DNA from: Albugo candida
Taxonomy: Eukaryota
Assembly: GCA_040437565.1 (NCBI GenBank)
Contig: JBDOQK010000002.1
Coordinates: forward strand, 868,001 to 932,000
Reading direction: 5' to 3'
DNA length: 64,000 nt
In this document: positions 12,701-26,500 of the stretch, piece after piece
How positions within the stretch are numbered: position 1 is the stretch's first letter
Layout: every line of letters starts with the position of its first letter
Made by a program: the position numbers and the translations under genes
Notes under the pieces: generated by a model
What the model was told of the DNA's origin: nothing
What the model saw: only the letters and a program-made list of their open reading frames with translations
Database searches by the model: none

Positions 12701-13259
12701 GGGGATCTAATCACCAGTGATTGCGACACAACAAAGCCATCAGCTGAAGTCGAACACTTTGGAGTAATAACAAGATTGTTAATAGATGTATTGCAGAGAC
12801 TCCCAGAAGTATTGATGTACCACTACAAGGACAGCCAGGCAATCCAGGACAGTGTGCAGAATACCAGATCAGATAAGGTCATAACACAAATCCGATTCTT
12901 AGAGAGTGCGAATGACCCGACAAGATACGACTGTAATTGTTTGCAGGGAACTTTGGCTGAGTGTTGTGTGTGCGTATGCTCATGTAAATACACTACAATA
13001 TTTACACTACGACCTGCGCGATCACTGTTGCAATCTCTATCCCTTGTAAAGTTTTCAAACCGACCTTTTTCGTCAAGAAATTACCATAATTATCCTTCGA
13101 ATAGCGCCGTGATACTCTCATCCTATTCTTACAAATTCAGAAATAGCTCGATGGTTTCGTTACATCTGTCGATACCGATAGCTCACCAATTTCAAATTCA
13201 CGAACACTTGAGCAGTGCCGCAAGCCTATAGAAAAATAGGGGTTGATCGTAGAATTCGA

Positions 13260-14014
13260 ATGCGCACTGGATTTTCTGCAGCAATTGTCTCCTTCGCAAT
13301 TGTTGCTGGGCTGGCCGTGTGGAACTCGTATGCTCGCGGACGAAAAAAACTTCTGAAATCGCAAAACTTGGAAGAGGAAACTCCAACATCTGTGGACATT
13401 AAAGTAGAGGACGATGAAAAAAAGCGTCGCCGAACTTCAGTTGCTGAATTAACACGAAGGTTCGATAAAGACAAAAGTCAGCTTAAGACTGATAAACAGC
13501 ATCATATGTCATGCGGACAAAACAAGCCTTCGAACAAAGGGATTAGTATCAGGACGACAGTAACTGACGATAATTCCTCAAACGGGAAAGTTTTGTCTGG
13601 AGAAAAGGCTTGCAAAGGTATCGCATTTGTGTTCATCAATTGCCTGCAGATCATCCTAACACAGTGTTGTGTACAGTGCACGACAAGAAGAATAATCTCA
13701 ATTCATTTCTGATACAGTGTACAGCAAACAAAGAGCGAACTTCCCCAATTCTTGTCGATGAGAGTTCGGCGTGCCCTACAGATGAAAGTGCCAATCTTTC
13801 CAATCAGTCAGACGACTCGGGATGCTTGTCTGATGTTCGCATTCAAAAGCATACAGATACAGTTTCGAAGCCAGAAATAATCATCAAAGAGAGTTTGGCA
13901 AATGAAACACGTCCAGAATCTCACTGCGAGCCAGCATCGGGATTGAGTCAAACAGGAAAGCTACAGCAATTTCAGCGTCTTTATCCGTCCAACGGCGCCC
14001 GTTGCTCTGTATAA
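13260..14014 (+). CDS. Hypothetical protein with N-terminal signal/anchor helix
   Basis: MRTGFSAAIVSFAIVAGLAVWNSY followed by basic residues, with a probable short intron at about 13618-13649 into the 13610 frame. The 3' end is uncertain and the gene may splice on towards 14067. Confidence 0.5.
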
Positions 14015-14078
14015 AGTTATTACCTTAATTTAGATTATAATATTAAACCAAGCGTTCATGACACGTAAACCCATCACA

Positions 14079-16942
14079 ATGAGTCTTATCTATGCTCCTG
14101 ATCACTCATCCTCTTTGATCGGTAAACGTCTGTGCAAAGCATTCGCATCTCGCTCATTTTGGGCTTCGGTTGTTTCAGCGTACAAAATCGACCAAGCCAT
14201 TTTCTATAAAATATACTTTGATGATGGGGATGTCGACATATTATCAGAAGAAGAAGTACTGGCGGATATCGCAAAGGTCGGTCAGCTTCGTGTTAATCGC
14301 TTCATGAATCTTCTCACATCACAATGTGGTAGGCAAAACGAAGTCAAGTCACAGACTATACACCAACAAAAGACGCTGGCCACTCGTTTCGCCAATGCGC
14401 TCAGCAGCAGGTACTGAAAAGAAGTCGCGATCATCCGAGTAGTGATAGCAACATACGTCATATTAAACTATGGGGACAGCGACTTTACACTATCATTCGA
14501 TCTGTTGGTGAAAATATATACATTGAAAGCTTCCAACGCACAAACGATGGTGAGCCTGGAGAAGTAGAAGCAAGTGGGAAAGTATTTATCGGAGATAGGC
14601 TTGTATCTATTGATAAGAGGAAATTGAACGGATTGAGTATAAGCGAAGTATCCAAGATCGTCAGAAATTCAAAGCGCCCAATTGTACTAACATTCGATTG
14701 CTGCGCTTCGAAAGCAGTAGCTGAGATTTTCACAAGACCTAAGGTTTCAGAAGCTTCAGAGCAGGTCGCAAAAAAATCTAGATTGTGTGAGCATAAAAGA
14801 GGGATTGAAGAGGATGCTGTCGATGATAAACCTGTAAGCGAAGAAAAAAGTCATGCCGATTCAGAGGAAACGGAAAAGCTTGGGAGCGTATCGAGCAATG
14901 AAGCGAAAAAGCCTCAATCTGACAATGAGTCTCTTCACGCATCTCAGGCTGCTGGCTCTTCGGGAATCAGGATAGCACCCAAAAAACACGAGAATGCTGC
15001 CGCGACCCCGGCAGAGGTTCCCACAAGTATCGCTGATGACACGGACAATAGATGCTGTGTTGCTCATCCTGCAGAGAGTATGGATAGAATTGTGCAGAAC
15101 TGCCACAGCAGCTTATCTGAATCAGGTTGTGATGAAACAAGCAAAGCTGAGGCGAAATCGTCTAGTTGTAGTACTAGTAGTAAGAGCGTCCAAGGTCACT
15201 GGATCAAAGATCCTAAGAAGGGGTATGGTGAAGAGCAACGAGAAAGCATTGGCCATACATCAGAGCATCGAAACAAGCGTACAACGCCGATATCCGAGTC
15301 TGGAATTGGAGATCAAGTACAACGAAGCACACCTAAACAGAAAGAACATAAGGGTGCCAATATAGTAGCAGTCGGCACGATGGATAGAGCGGAGCAACCT
15401 TCGGTCACAACTGCAGCAAAGGTGGCATGTAAACCCTTACCAAGTATCGAAGAACTGAATCGACACAGGTTGGATAATGGAACCGGAAATGTAGAGCCTG
15501 CAAACGCTGTTAATATCTGTCAAGCACACGCTTCTCAGGTAAATTCAATGATGCAAACCTCCACTACAAATCCCAAACCGACATTATCGGTGCAATCAGC
15601 ACATCATGGAGGATCCATCAATCCTGCCTCAAACACCTCCAAGTACGGTGCCGTCATGAATCCAATTCCAATCCAGAAAAACAGCGCTGTTTCATCGGGA
15701 CATATAACCGTTCGTGGGCATCACTTATCTATGCAGGATTCTACATATCAAAGCCGCGTAGCTGAGCAGCGGACTGCTTTTGTGAAGAACAATGTAAGCA
15801 TTATGCCGATGACTGTCGCTCACCAACGAACAATGACTACATCGAATCACACACAAGGGACGCCTGACGAACGAGCTATCTTGGCGAACGAATCTCAACA
15901 ACGTGATGTACCTTCTGGACATCAAAATGTATCGTTGCCTGTACAAAAAGATCATGTGCATCCGGTAACATCGCAGTTATCTACGCAGCGACTCAACGCT
16001 ACGCAACAAAGCTCGAGTACAAGACCACATGGATCCCAGCAGCATGGAATGATTTCTGGACAGCATCATATACCGGTGCCTGTACACAGAGATCATGCGC
16101 ATCCTGTATCGACACAATTGTCTGCGCAACGAACCAACTCTACGCAGCAGAGCTTAGGTACAAGATCTCATTATAATTCAATCGAGGTCAGCCAAGAATT
16201 TCTGTCGGGATTCTCCGGGAAGTCACCAGCAATACCCTTTGCTTTGCAAAACACAGTTATGCGACCCGGACAAACTCAGCAGGTCGATGCCAGGCAGACT
16301 GGCATTGGGTTGAAACCAACGCATTGGCAGCAGGTAGAAATTGCCACCAGAACGAGTCAAGATAAAGCAACTGGAAATGTACTTCCTGCTTTCAAGCCAA
16401 GACATCATATTACGGATGCAAGATTACAAGTCCTTGCACGGGGAAACAACAGTCATAGCTCTGCGGAGTGTCGTGAGAAGCACAACAGTATACGCGTGAA
16501 ACTTCCGCAAAGTGATCTATCAACAACCTCACAAGAGACGTCAGTAGTGCGTCATCATGAGCCTGCAGGTGATGGTAGAACCGTTTCTCCACACCAATCG
16601 AGGACTGCTTCTTTGAACAAAACAATTATACTAGAGCCGATACATTCATGGAATCACTACGATTATACTGCGGTAAGCATTCGAATGTCAAGATTATATG
16701 TCAAGCTGGCAACGTTCCAAGAGCAAGTGATACTCACTGCTTTTCTGAAAGGAGCAAATAATGAGTGTGGTGAAATAGAACAAAGTGGTCAAGTCCTACT
16801 GGGTGACGTATTGGTCGCCATCAATGGAAATAGCCTCAAGTCAGTTACTTCTCCTCATCAAATCGCGAGGCTCGTGACGGGCTTACCTCGCCCATTTCAA
16901 GTTTACTTTCGGAGGGCTATGTGGGAAGAACTTCAGCATTGA
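14079..16942 (+). CDS. Tudor-like domain plus two PDZ-like domains separated by a long disordered linker
   Basis: N-terminal LIGKRLCKAF...FYKIYFDDGDVDILSEEEV is Tudor-like. An intron at about 14277-14332 restores frame into GEVEASGKVFIGDRLVSIDKRKLNGL...RPIVLTF (PDZ 1). The C-terminus has GEIEQSGQVLLGDVLVAINGNSL...PRPFQVYFRR (PDZ 2). Confidence 0.72.
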
Positions 16943-17333
16943 GCAGCTGTACTGCTGGGCTTCAAACGATTTTGTGTGATGGCATCCGACTAAGAAGCGA
17001 GACACAGAATCAGAATGTCAGATGTAATTTGTCAAGGATCAAGTTCTTCATGTCCGATAAACAAAGCTCAAGTCATATTGGCCATATANNNNNNNNNNNN
17101 NNNNNNNNNNNNNNNNNNNNNNNNNNNNNNNNNNNNNNNNNNNNNNNNNNNNNNNNNNNNNNNNNNNNNNNNNNNNNNNNNNNNNNNNCTGCTGGGCTTC
17201 AAACGATTTTGTGTGATGGCATCCGACTAAGAAGCGAGACACAGAATCAGAATGTCAGATGTAATTTGTCAAGGATCAAGTTCTTCATGTCCGATAAACA
17301 AAGCTCAAGTCATATTGGCCATATATACATTGC

Positions 17334-20300
17334 TTAGGATGGATTCAACACTGGTAGTGAGCACGATTTTGCCATGACTGCCTCGTCGGTTTTCGTGCTA
17401 TTCTCGGTGCTGATCCAGCCTTCGAAAGGCTTCATCGATGTAGCCATTGTGCAGCTTTCGCCATTCAATTCAGTCGAATAATATTTCTCATTTGAACCTC
17501 TATCATGCAATGGAGCACGTTGCACTGATCCACTACCTTTGGGTATTCGGAACCCACCTCGATAGATGTAGCTTGAAATAGAACGATTGCTTGGCTCCGC
17601 TTCTTCAATTAAACTACTGCTTTGACTTTGCTGACGTGCTTCTGCGAGCTCAGTTGAGGCATGATCTGTTTTGACCCAAGATTCAAGATTTTGTTCCATC
17701 GTATGGGTGAGACTTTCATTGCTTGAACCAAAAAGTGTACGACGTCGGACGGTCGCATCGAGGAGATTGAGCAGCGTGGTTATATACAATTCACGTCTGT
17801 TTAAAGCATTGGCGTCAAACTGCTCACCAATGTTTTTATTGTGCATGATCTTGAATCGTACTTTCGCCTTCAGCTTATCTGCCATTGCTGCCTGTACACT
17901 GAGTATCAATCCACTAAGATCAGCTTGAGCCGCAACTTCTTTGTTGCACCCCACCCGCAGCGCCTCATACTCTGCTCGAGCAACTATGAGGTCGGCAAAA
18001 AACTGACTGTTCTGTACTAATAATTGCTGCTGTCGATCATTAAAAAGCTTTCGCGCCGAGTCAAATGAGCTGCTAGGGATAATGTTATCGCTAGCCATGA
18101 TGCCTTGATGGTTTGAACGACCTGATATCTCGAATTTCCAGCATTCAGACACAAATATTTCGCAGACGCGGTCAAGTTCTTGCTTGAGATCAGTGAGTGT
18201 CATATTTCGAATCGAAGATCGCGCCACAATATTAGCAAATTCTTCTTGTTTGCTCTGGTACGAATAATAGAATGCTTCTACTCGTTCAGACTCTTTCTTA
18301 AGTTGTTTGGTCAACTCTGAAATTGACGAATCAATTGTTAAACGACTTTCAGTTTGAAAGCTGGTGATGCGGGAATCAAACTGCTCTTGTTGTTTGCACA
18401 ATTGGATATGTGATGTTCTGACTTTTGAAATTGAGTCCTGTAGTACCTGATTTTCTTGACGCTGCAATTGAAATTTTTCTTCCGTTCCAGACTCTAATGC
18501 TTTTAATGTCGACCGAATGCCAGCATTGAAGTCCTCTACATGATACAACTGTTGTCTAGCTGCAGTNNNNNNNNNNNNNNNNNNNNNNNNNNNNNNNNNN
18601 NNNNNNNNNNNNNNNNNNNNNNNNNNNNNNNNNNNNNNNNNNNNNNNNNNNNNNNNNNNNNNNNNNCCCGCATCACCAGCTTTCAAACTGAAAGTCGTTT
18701 AACAATTGATTCGTCAATTTCAGAGTTGACCAAACAACTCTGAAATTGACGAATCAATTGTTAAACGACTTTCAGTTTGAAAGCTGGTGATGCGGGAATC
18801 AAACTGCTCTTGTTGTTTGCACAATTGGATATGTGATGTTCTGACTTTTGAAATTGAGTCCTGTAGTACCTGATTTTCTTGACGCTGCAATTGAAATTTT
18901 TCTTCCGTTCCAGACTCTAATGCTTTTAATGTCGACCGAATGCCAGCATTGAAGTCCTCTACATGATACAACTGTTGTCTAGCTGCAGTTATCTCAAACT
19001 CACTCGCTTTTACTGTTTGATCCACGGCCAGAGACAAGTCGTTGGCTTTCTTGTGAAGATTCTCGACTTGAAAATCAACCTCGGCGCGAAGACGAGAGAG
19101 ATCAGAAGCTAATGCAACTGTATCGTCAGAGTTTTTGCTAATTGTTTCGGAAGCTTTTCCAAGATTTTCGGTGATATGATGCGTGTTCTCCTGTAATGCA
19201 ACTATGGAATTGGAGAATTCTAGCAATCGTAATTGGCTTGATTTCTCATTCCCATCAATTTGGGATTGAGCCGATTCCATCTTCACCGAAATACCTGTTA
19301 TCGATCGGGAATGTCCATCGACTACTGTTTCTAGCATTTGCAAAGCTCCCCCAATATTCTGATCCAATACACCATTTAATCGATTCTCTAAACGTCTCAT
19401 TTCGTTCTGAGCTGTGTCGGATTGTTTATTGATGGCATCTAATAATTCTTGTTCAACACTTTTTATCTGCATCTCATGCACGAACAATTCCTCTGAGATT
19501 GTAGCATTCATTTTCTTGCTTGAATTTTGATTTTCTAATAACGACTGGACGGTTTGTTTCATATCATTCTTCTCGTCATGAGCAAGACGCAATTTGATAG
19601 TGAGGTCTGTGATCATGTTCTTTGAATTCTCAAGTTGCTTCTCTATGGTAGCTTGACGTTCAACTGATTGTCTTAGCAAACTCTCAGCTGTTGACAGCTT
19701 TCTTACCAAATCCTGTATTTTTTCGGCCTGATTACTGTTTACATTCTCTTGCTGCTCGCATAAGACGAGGAAGCGTTCATCAAGCATGCTAAATCGATTC
19801 GATGTGTCCTCTACCAAGACCTGACGGTCTATGCCCCTTTGTTTCGAGATATTATTCTCTAAATGCATCAGTTCATCTCGAGTGGGATAGATTCGTAACC
19901 TCTCCTCGATCCTTTTTATATTTGATTGAACAATTTCTTCCGATTTGCTTGTCCTGGCTTGTGTCAGTGCATCACGTCTTCGTAGTTCAGCTTGTAAGAG
20001 CTCTACTGTGTCTTTTGCGTCCGAGAAAGATTTACGAAGATCCATAAACTCATCCGATTGCCTGTAGACAGCCTGCCATAATGGTACCAGCATCTTCTTC
20101 AGTAGCTTAGTTGTATCGATTACTTCGGTTATTTCTTCGGCCACCTTCGAACCGTTTGGTTTACGCTCTGGATTAATTCCGTCTTCCATATCGGTCCATG
20201 TCGGAGGTTGTAGAGCTGGGATAGTCTTCGGGTCTGTAGAGGAACTGCTTTGGAGCAGAAGTAGATCGTTTCTTAATCTACTTACTTCTGCCTCAAAGTT

Positions 20301-20525
20301 TTCGAATTGCTTCTTCAGCGATTGACTTTCCAAAATAGGGTCAGCATTACTCAGTATATCGCTGAAGCACTGCGTCATCCATTCCGGGAGCTTCGAGCTG
20401 CTTAGAAGCTCGTTTTTTTCTATGTTTGATATCTTCTGACGTAGTGCTGCGACAACATTTGTGATGGGTTCTCCATCGACCAGGATCTCTGTTGAGGTTC
20501 TCCAAGGAAATGTATCGTGGTCCAT
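17334..20525 (-). CDS. Long coiled-coil hypothetical protein, interrupted by an assembly gap and duplicated overlap
   Basis: The 610-aa and 450-aa ORFs share an identical segment (TAARQQLYHVEDFNAG...TIDSSISEL) on either side of the N-gap at 18567-18666, so they form one gene. Composition is heptad-like and E/Q/K/L-rich. Start codon uncertain. Confidence 0.7.
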
Positions 20526-20650
20526 TAGCGTAACGACTACACGGCTGGCCACAAGGCACGTGGTATTTCAGGAACATTGCCGCATCAGCACGCGATTCTG
20601 TGACCTTAATTATATGCATTTACAGTTAAATGAACAACAATCCACGAGCT

Positions 20651-22831
20651 CTACTTCTTGCACTTTTTGTGCTTTTCGAATAGGCTATTCAATAAAGCTA
20701 GAAATGTTGCGACCAACGTGATCATAGCTACCATCACAGCAATGGGTAAAGAGGGACCAAAAGTCTGCGTCAGAGTTGATGAATTCATAGCAGGGTAAGT
20801 TGCTGTTGTACAACGCGGGCCACCCCAATATTTGCTTGTACAGACACAACGCCGACGTGTGCACGTGCCTGTTCTGACCGGATGACTATTTTGTAGCTTG
20901 GCTGTACAATCATTTGTATCTCGGCAGGATGCACCTCCCTGTACTTGAACCAGTTTGTTGTCATAGTCTTCATACTCTTCGATATGACTTTCGATCCACT
21001 CATGTGTTGGGTGCGTAGGAGGATCACATCCCACGGCCATGGTTGACTGATTTGATAAATCTTGGTACAATCGAATATAATCTATCTTCAGATACATTGG
21101 AAAGCCATCGCAGATTCTGTTCACCTTTTCATCAGACCCATTGCCACGACAGGGACGGCCAACGTTCGGAGGGGTCGCTCCCCAGCTCCCGGACACAGCT
21201 ACATTCAGAATCAAATACATTGGCTCTTCAGGCATGATTTTTTTTGGATTGCTTTGATCCGAATCCTGCGGTACGTTTAAAACGGACGATGCCGGGATTT
21301 CAAACAGAGGAAGATTTTCAAGCATCCATCGTACGTACCCGTTCGGACCCATCACCCATTCGACCTGATAAGTCATAAAGGAAGTATAACCACCTACGTG
21401 AATTGGCCAATTTGCTGATAGCGCGTCCATCTGATAATTGAATGAGGGCATCGAGTTTGTTGGAGCAGTTGTTGGTAATCGTGGATTCAGACAGTTTGCG
21501 TCTTGATTATCAGGATCACACAAGTGGGTTCCATCATATGCATTAATGGCTGAAAAGCACGTGCCTTGGGAATTTATTCCCCAGTGACCTCGGTGGACGT
21601 CCCCATCAATAAATCCCAGATCAGATTGGATGTCATTCGACGCGGGGCATGTCGTCACAGAACAGTTGTTCTCGGTGATAGAATGAGACAGGGACTTCAA
21701 AATGGATCTCAGATCTTGCTTGAGCTTTTGATCTCTTGCGCAAAAATTGTTAGAAGAATATCTCAATCCTTCATACCAGGATTTATGCTTCCTTTGCGCA
21801 TAAATTTGGGATGGAATATTGGGCTGGTTTGCTCCAGGCGTGACACATGTTGCGGAGTATTTGCAAGACGTGTCCCCACCGACTTCCAGTTTTGGGTCAG
21901 GTTCAATTCTGCGATAATGCTTTGGCATTCCTGGTGCTACTTGGATGGAAGAAGACACAATACTTCCGCCTCCTTCAATAAGATCTATCTCAGGTGCTCC
22001 TCGCCCTTGATTGGGATGCAGACCGAATCCTGGATTCGGATCACACGCACTGATACGTTGATTACTACTATTGAATACTTTTTCGTTGCAATCGTTGTAG
22101 GAAAATGGCCACATTCTTTGTGTTGACGCACTAAAGATAGCCCGACCTAGATTCCCCATCATCCAGATACCAGGCCATGCAGGATAGAATTCCAATTCTT
22201 TCACTGGTGCCGTAGGACCTCGAGCCAAGTCCGGATTCCGGGACTTTTCGTTCATAGATGCTGGCAGTTGAGCTTTGACCTCAAGCATTCCACCCTGGAA
22301 GCAAAATTTGTTCCACGTTTGCAGCATCGCCGATCGATAAAACTATTGAAGACATTTAAGATCAGACATCCAGCTGTACACAACAGTAATGACTCATACA
22401 AAGGTTATATTCGTGAAGGATGGAGGATGCAGATATTGATTGAATATCGTGACATTTTGTACATCTTCTATCACTTTGATTTCGAGGAAGCATACATCAT
22501 TTTCACAGTTGACTTGTGTCATGTTGTGAGAATACACCTCAAGAGCGCCGTTTACCCCGTCAGGTTTTTCAAGCGAAGTCCAAAGGTGATCATATCCCGC
22601 ATCAAACCGTCTCTTCTCTCCGCTGATGTTATCATTGAACTCATCACTCATCAATAGCTCCCAAAATTGACCTCTCGAAGATACGTATGAATGTTTTTCC
22701 ATCGGAGTCGCCACATCGACCCATGTACCGATTCCCGAGACCGTCTCCAAGTTATTTGTCGATATAGCATCTGCAATAAATGCATACAATATAAAACAAG
22801 ACCTCAGGTACTGCCACAACTGAGCGAACAT
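20651..22831 (-). CDS. Beta-glucan synthesis-associated SKN1/KRE6 family protein (GH16-like)
   Basis: Signal peptide, WELLMSDEFN, MLQTWNKFCFQGG, WPGIWMMGNLGRA, GRGAPEIDLIEG, PEEPMYLILN, FPMYLKIDYIRLYQ, GCDPPTHPT, then a Cys-rich segment and a C-terminal TM helix. One intron near 22345-22398. Confidence 0.92.
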
Positions 22832-23557
22832 TTTTTGTTATGTGAGCTTCATCGATACATCATGCAGTTTGCCGCGTTTGAGATGTAATTTCGATGCGTG
22901 ACATTGGTTCCCTCTCTCATACTCCTTACTTCAGCTAAGATGAATCGATGTCACTGTTTATGCGACGGTAACTCAGTCTCCCAACATATAAGAAATTGCA
23001 TGGTTTTTCAAGGCACGGCGAATTTCGCATGACATGAATGATATCCCAGATCAGTCTGAAGTGCTCATGACATCGACCTGAATAGGCTCCCTGCTTTGAT
23101 CAGATATGGCCCCTCGCTTTACCAGATATTTATACAAGTGATTGCTCCTCACATATTATGTTGAATGCTACAAACCATGAAGCCTTCCCATAAAGAGCTG
23201 CTATCCATCTCAGATGAACTATTGTTTTCTACTGCTTCCAGATTTTGTTAGTCATAAACACTACTTGCGGCAATTTCAGATGATGTCGACGACTTTACTC
23301 GATATGTAATCGCTTTTACGTTTATTGTTTGCATGTAGTTCAGTTTGCACGACAGTAGTATTTCTGAGATGGACCCACTTGTGTGGGAGCTTGTGTGCTA
23401 GCAGACTGCACAAAAGTGCCACAGATATCATAGCTAGTAGCGGAGAAAATGAAGGATATCTTACATGGTCGTCTAATGAGCCGTAAACCGTCACAAATAC
23501 AACCCGGTATCTTGGAAAGATACGTCGGCACCAAAAAGCGTGTATTATCGTGCCAAA

Positions 23558-26500
23558 ATGAGATTCTTAAAAGCTCTATTACCGTGTGTTTTTGTGGTTC
23601 ATAATATGCGCGATGCAAAAGAACAGGTATATCATACGTGAATTGGAATCACTTGTTTGTCAAAGTATTTAAAAAACTAGATGCGGTCTTCACAGACTGT
23701 GAATGAAACAGCAATCGAAATACTACTGAACCCATTGGATATTGGGGATGAGGGAGAAACTCTCTATTCGCAGATCGATCATTTCTCTGAGCTAATGGTA
23801 ATATCACAAAGGCTTAACAGCGTGATATTCGCAAGTCGTGTACTGACTCGAATCTTTGCTTTGTATGCCAGATATCAAGCTCATGTGGCTTCATTCATAT
23901 CACTGAAAAGAAGGCGTTGCCTAGTTCAATGATCTTCGAATGCAATTGCTTTATGGGAGGATGTCGACAGATAATTGCACTCACGATAAAAAATGAAACA
24001 AAAGAAATCCTTCGATCAATTTGGTATGATGGAAGGTATTGTAACTCGGATTTAATCACAGTTTCCAAGAAGGAAGGGAGATATATAGCCCCTGAAAAAG
24101 CACCTTTCAGTGATACAATCTGTCGAGATGTTGGTTCAAATCTGAATGAAAATGACACTACACTTCACGTACGAAGGATTGAATTTCCGCACAAACAGAA
24201 TTCCGTAGTAATTTCATTCAAAAGTGAAAAGCTTTCTTTGGTTGCCAATACATGCTCCCCGTTACCAGAAATAACACTAAGTATCTTGGAGTGCCCCACA
24301 TGCTCGTCGGATGCTAATTTTCGAAACGAAATTTCTGTGACTCTCACGTTATCGGTCCTCTCGGGAAACCTTCAGCTCAGTTTCCGAACTGCAACATTGC
24401 ACAGCATCTATGTAAAGCAAGCAAATAAAGCAATTCTGGATGCAGGGTCGAAGGCATTATTCATTTTGGACGACATGACATCCAATACATTCTCATTACG
24501 TGGTCAAATCGATGATATGAACGAATTTCTGCAGGAAAATACAATACAATACTGCCATCGGAGCCAAAAGTTCAAAAATGGTGTAGCTCCACTTGCGGAT
24601 ACAATCATAGTAGCGTGTCAGATCAAGGATTCGCAAGGAGCTGATGAGAAACCCTCTACGGTCAACAGATCCATTTCTGTTCAAATTTTGGATCCGATAA
24701 CTCTTCTTCCAAAAGACTGCGTTTCGAAAAACTGTAAGACGACACTGTTTCAGATCCAGGCACAGCGTGTTGTTCCTTTTCCAATATCGTACGAGTCAGC
24801 AATGATAGCGCCTGACAACAATAAAATTGTTACGCTGGCGATTGCTTTATTTGGGTCGAACAAGACCTGGATAAAAGTAAACTCCACGCTTCCAAATATC
24901 ATTAACGAATCATCAAATCCCCTCTCTACATTCGATGCACAAAGAGGGGTAGCAGTGCGCCATCGATACGTGAACGAGACTAGTTTAGGGAATATGCTAG
25001 ATCCAAAAATGATGGGTAAGGTAACAGAACAGTTTTATGAAAAAATTCTGCTTCGAGGGACGGAAAAAGAGATGGCCGATGCGCTGGAATCGATTGAAAT
25101 TTTTTCCATTCAGATGTGCAAGCCTTCCGTGGAAACACTGGCCATCCGCGAGTTCGTGGAGGGTTCGACCACGAGTCAGGTCCTTTTAGAGGAAAACATA
25201 ATTGTGCTTCCTTGGTTTTATTTTTCAAACGAAGCAGATATGAACCCAAGCGCAATTATCGCATACGCGCTTGACACAAACGTAACGAAGTCGATCAAGG
25301 AGCTTTATGGACCAAGATTCGCCGATGTGATTCATCAAAATGTCCCTGAAAACTGTGATATCGATCTTGAGATTCATATCTCTTGCACTTCTGGATATTT
25401 AATGCACCACTCGGTTCCTACATCTGTCCCGATTGAAGTAGTCACCCTTACGGCCTTCTCATCCTCCAACATCACTGTAGTTGGTAAATATCCTGACGTT
25501 CTGAACGTTCTTTCATCAATTATGTTTGTTGCAAAGAACATTGTAAACGATCCACTCGCGACTCACAGAATCCAATCGTTCAAACTACAGACCCGAAGAA
25601 GAACATTTGATTCAGATACGCACATTTTAAGAGTGAAAAGTAATAATGAAAGCATCTCAGGTCAGTACATTCTTGGCTTGCATGTACCTAACGGTCTTAT
25701 GCGAGAACGGAGCGCGCATAAAAACAACGATGGTGATTGTGTATCAGGTGCAATTTACTTGTCCGATCCGCTCACTACTGTGAGACAGAAAATTCTCAAT
25801 ATGATTTGCGTCTTACGTCCCTCTATCATTACCAATGCCACTTTGCTTGAAAAAGTGGTCGCTGTGCAAGTCTACTCAAATGCTACAACAGACCCAGGTC
25901 ATCTCGACATTTTTGATGGATATCTAAATATTCAGTACCATGAGAAAACCACAAAGGTATCGTTGGCTACCTCCAATGAGGACATGGAACGGGCAATGGA
26001 AGACTTCTTTAATGCAACAGTGAAAATCAGCAAGCAAGGTCAAAGGAATGAGAGCTTTTTCATCTGGGTTATAACATTCTCGACTGGAAGTGATAAAATC
26101 GATGTGAACATGATCACCGCGTCCACCTCCAAAGCAGTTTTTCAGGTGAAGTGCACCACACTCAAGAGTGAAGTTGAACAAACCCAAGCCAACTTGTATT
26201 CCATAACATCCGTGCAGTTCCTTCAAGTGCGGTACTTGCCAGACGATGAAAATGATAACGCAACACTTTTGGCTCTCGAAATCACTTTCGAGAACTCAGA
26301 TGATGTATCCGTGTTTCCAGTTCTCAAGATCGTTTCACATTCGCTAACTCCTAACGCTTCAAGCATCTCAATTGAACATACTATGATTGGGGCAACACGT
26401 AAAATCATGGATCATCATGCAACTCTCCCAACTATTTGCTTAAAAGCGATGGGATACGACGCTTTCACTATGGTGCCACTTGGTGATAAAAGCGATCGTG

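Noticed and set aside
16952-17326. ~137-bp direct repeat
   Set aside because: Identical copies flank the N-gap at 17089-17188; assembly overlap.
18302-18989. Inversion and duplication splitting the coiled-coil gene
   Set aside because: Same signature (about 70-bp exact foldback at the contig start plus identical overlap) next to the N-gap, so not a real pseudogenisation.
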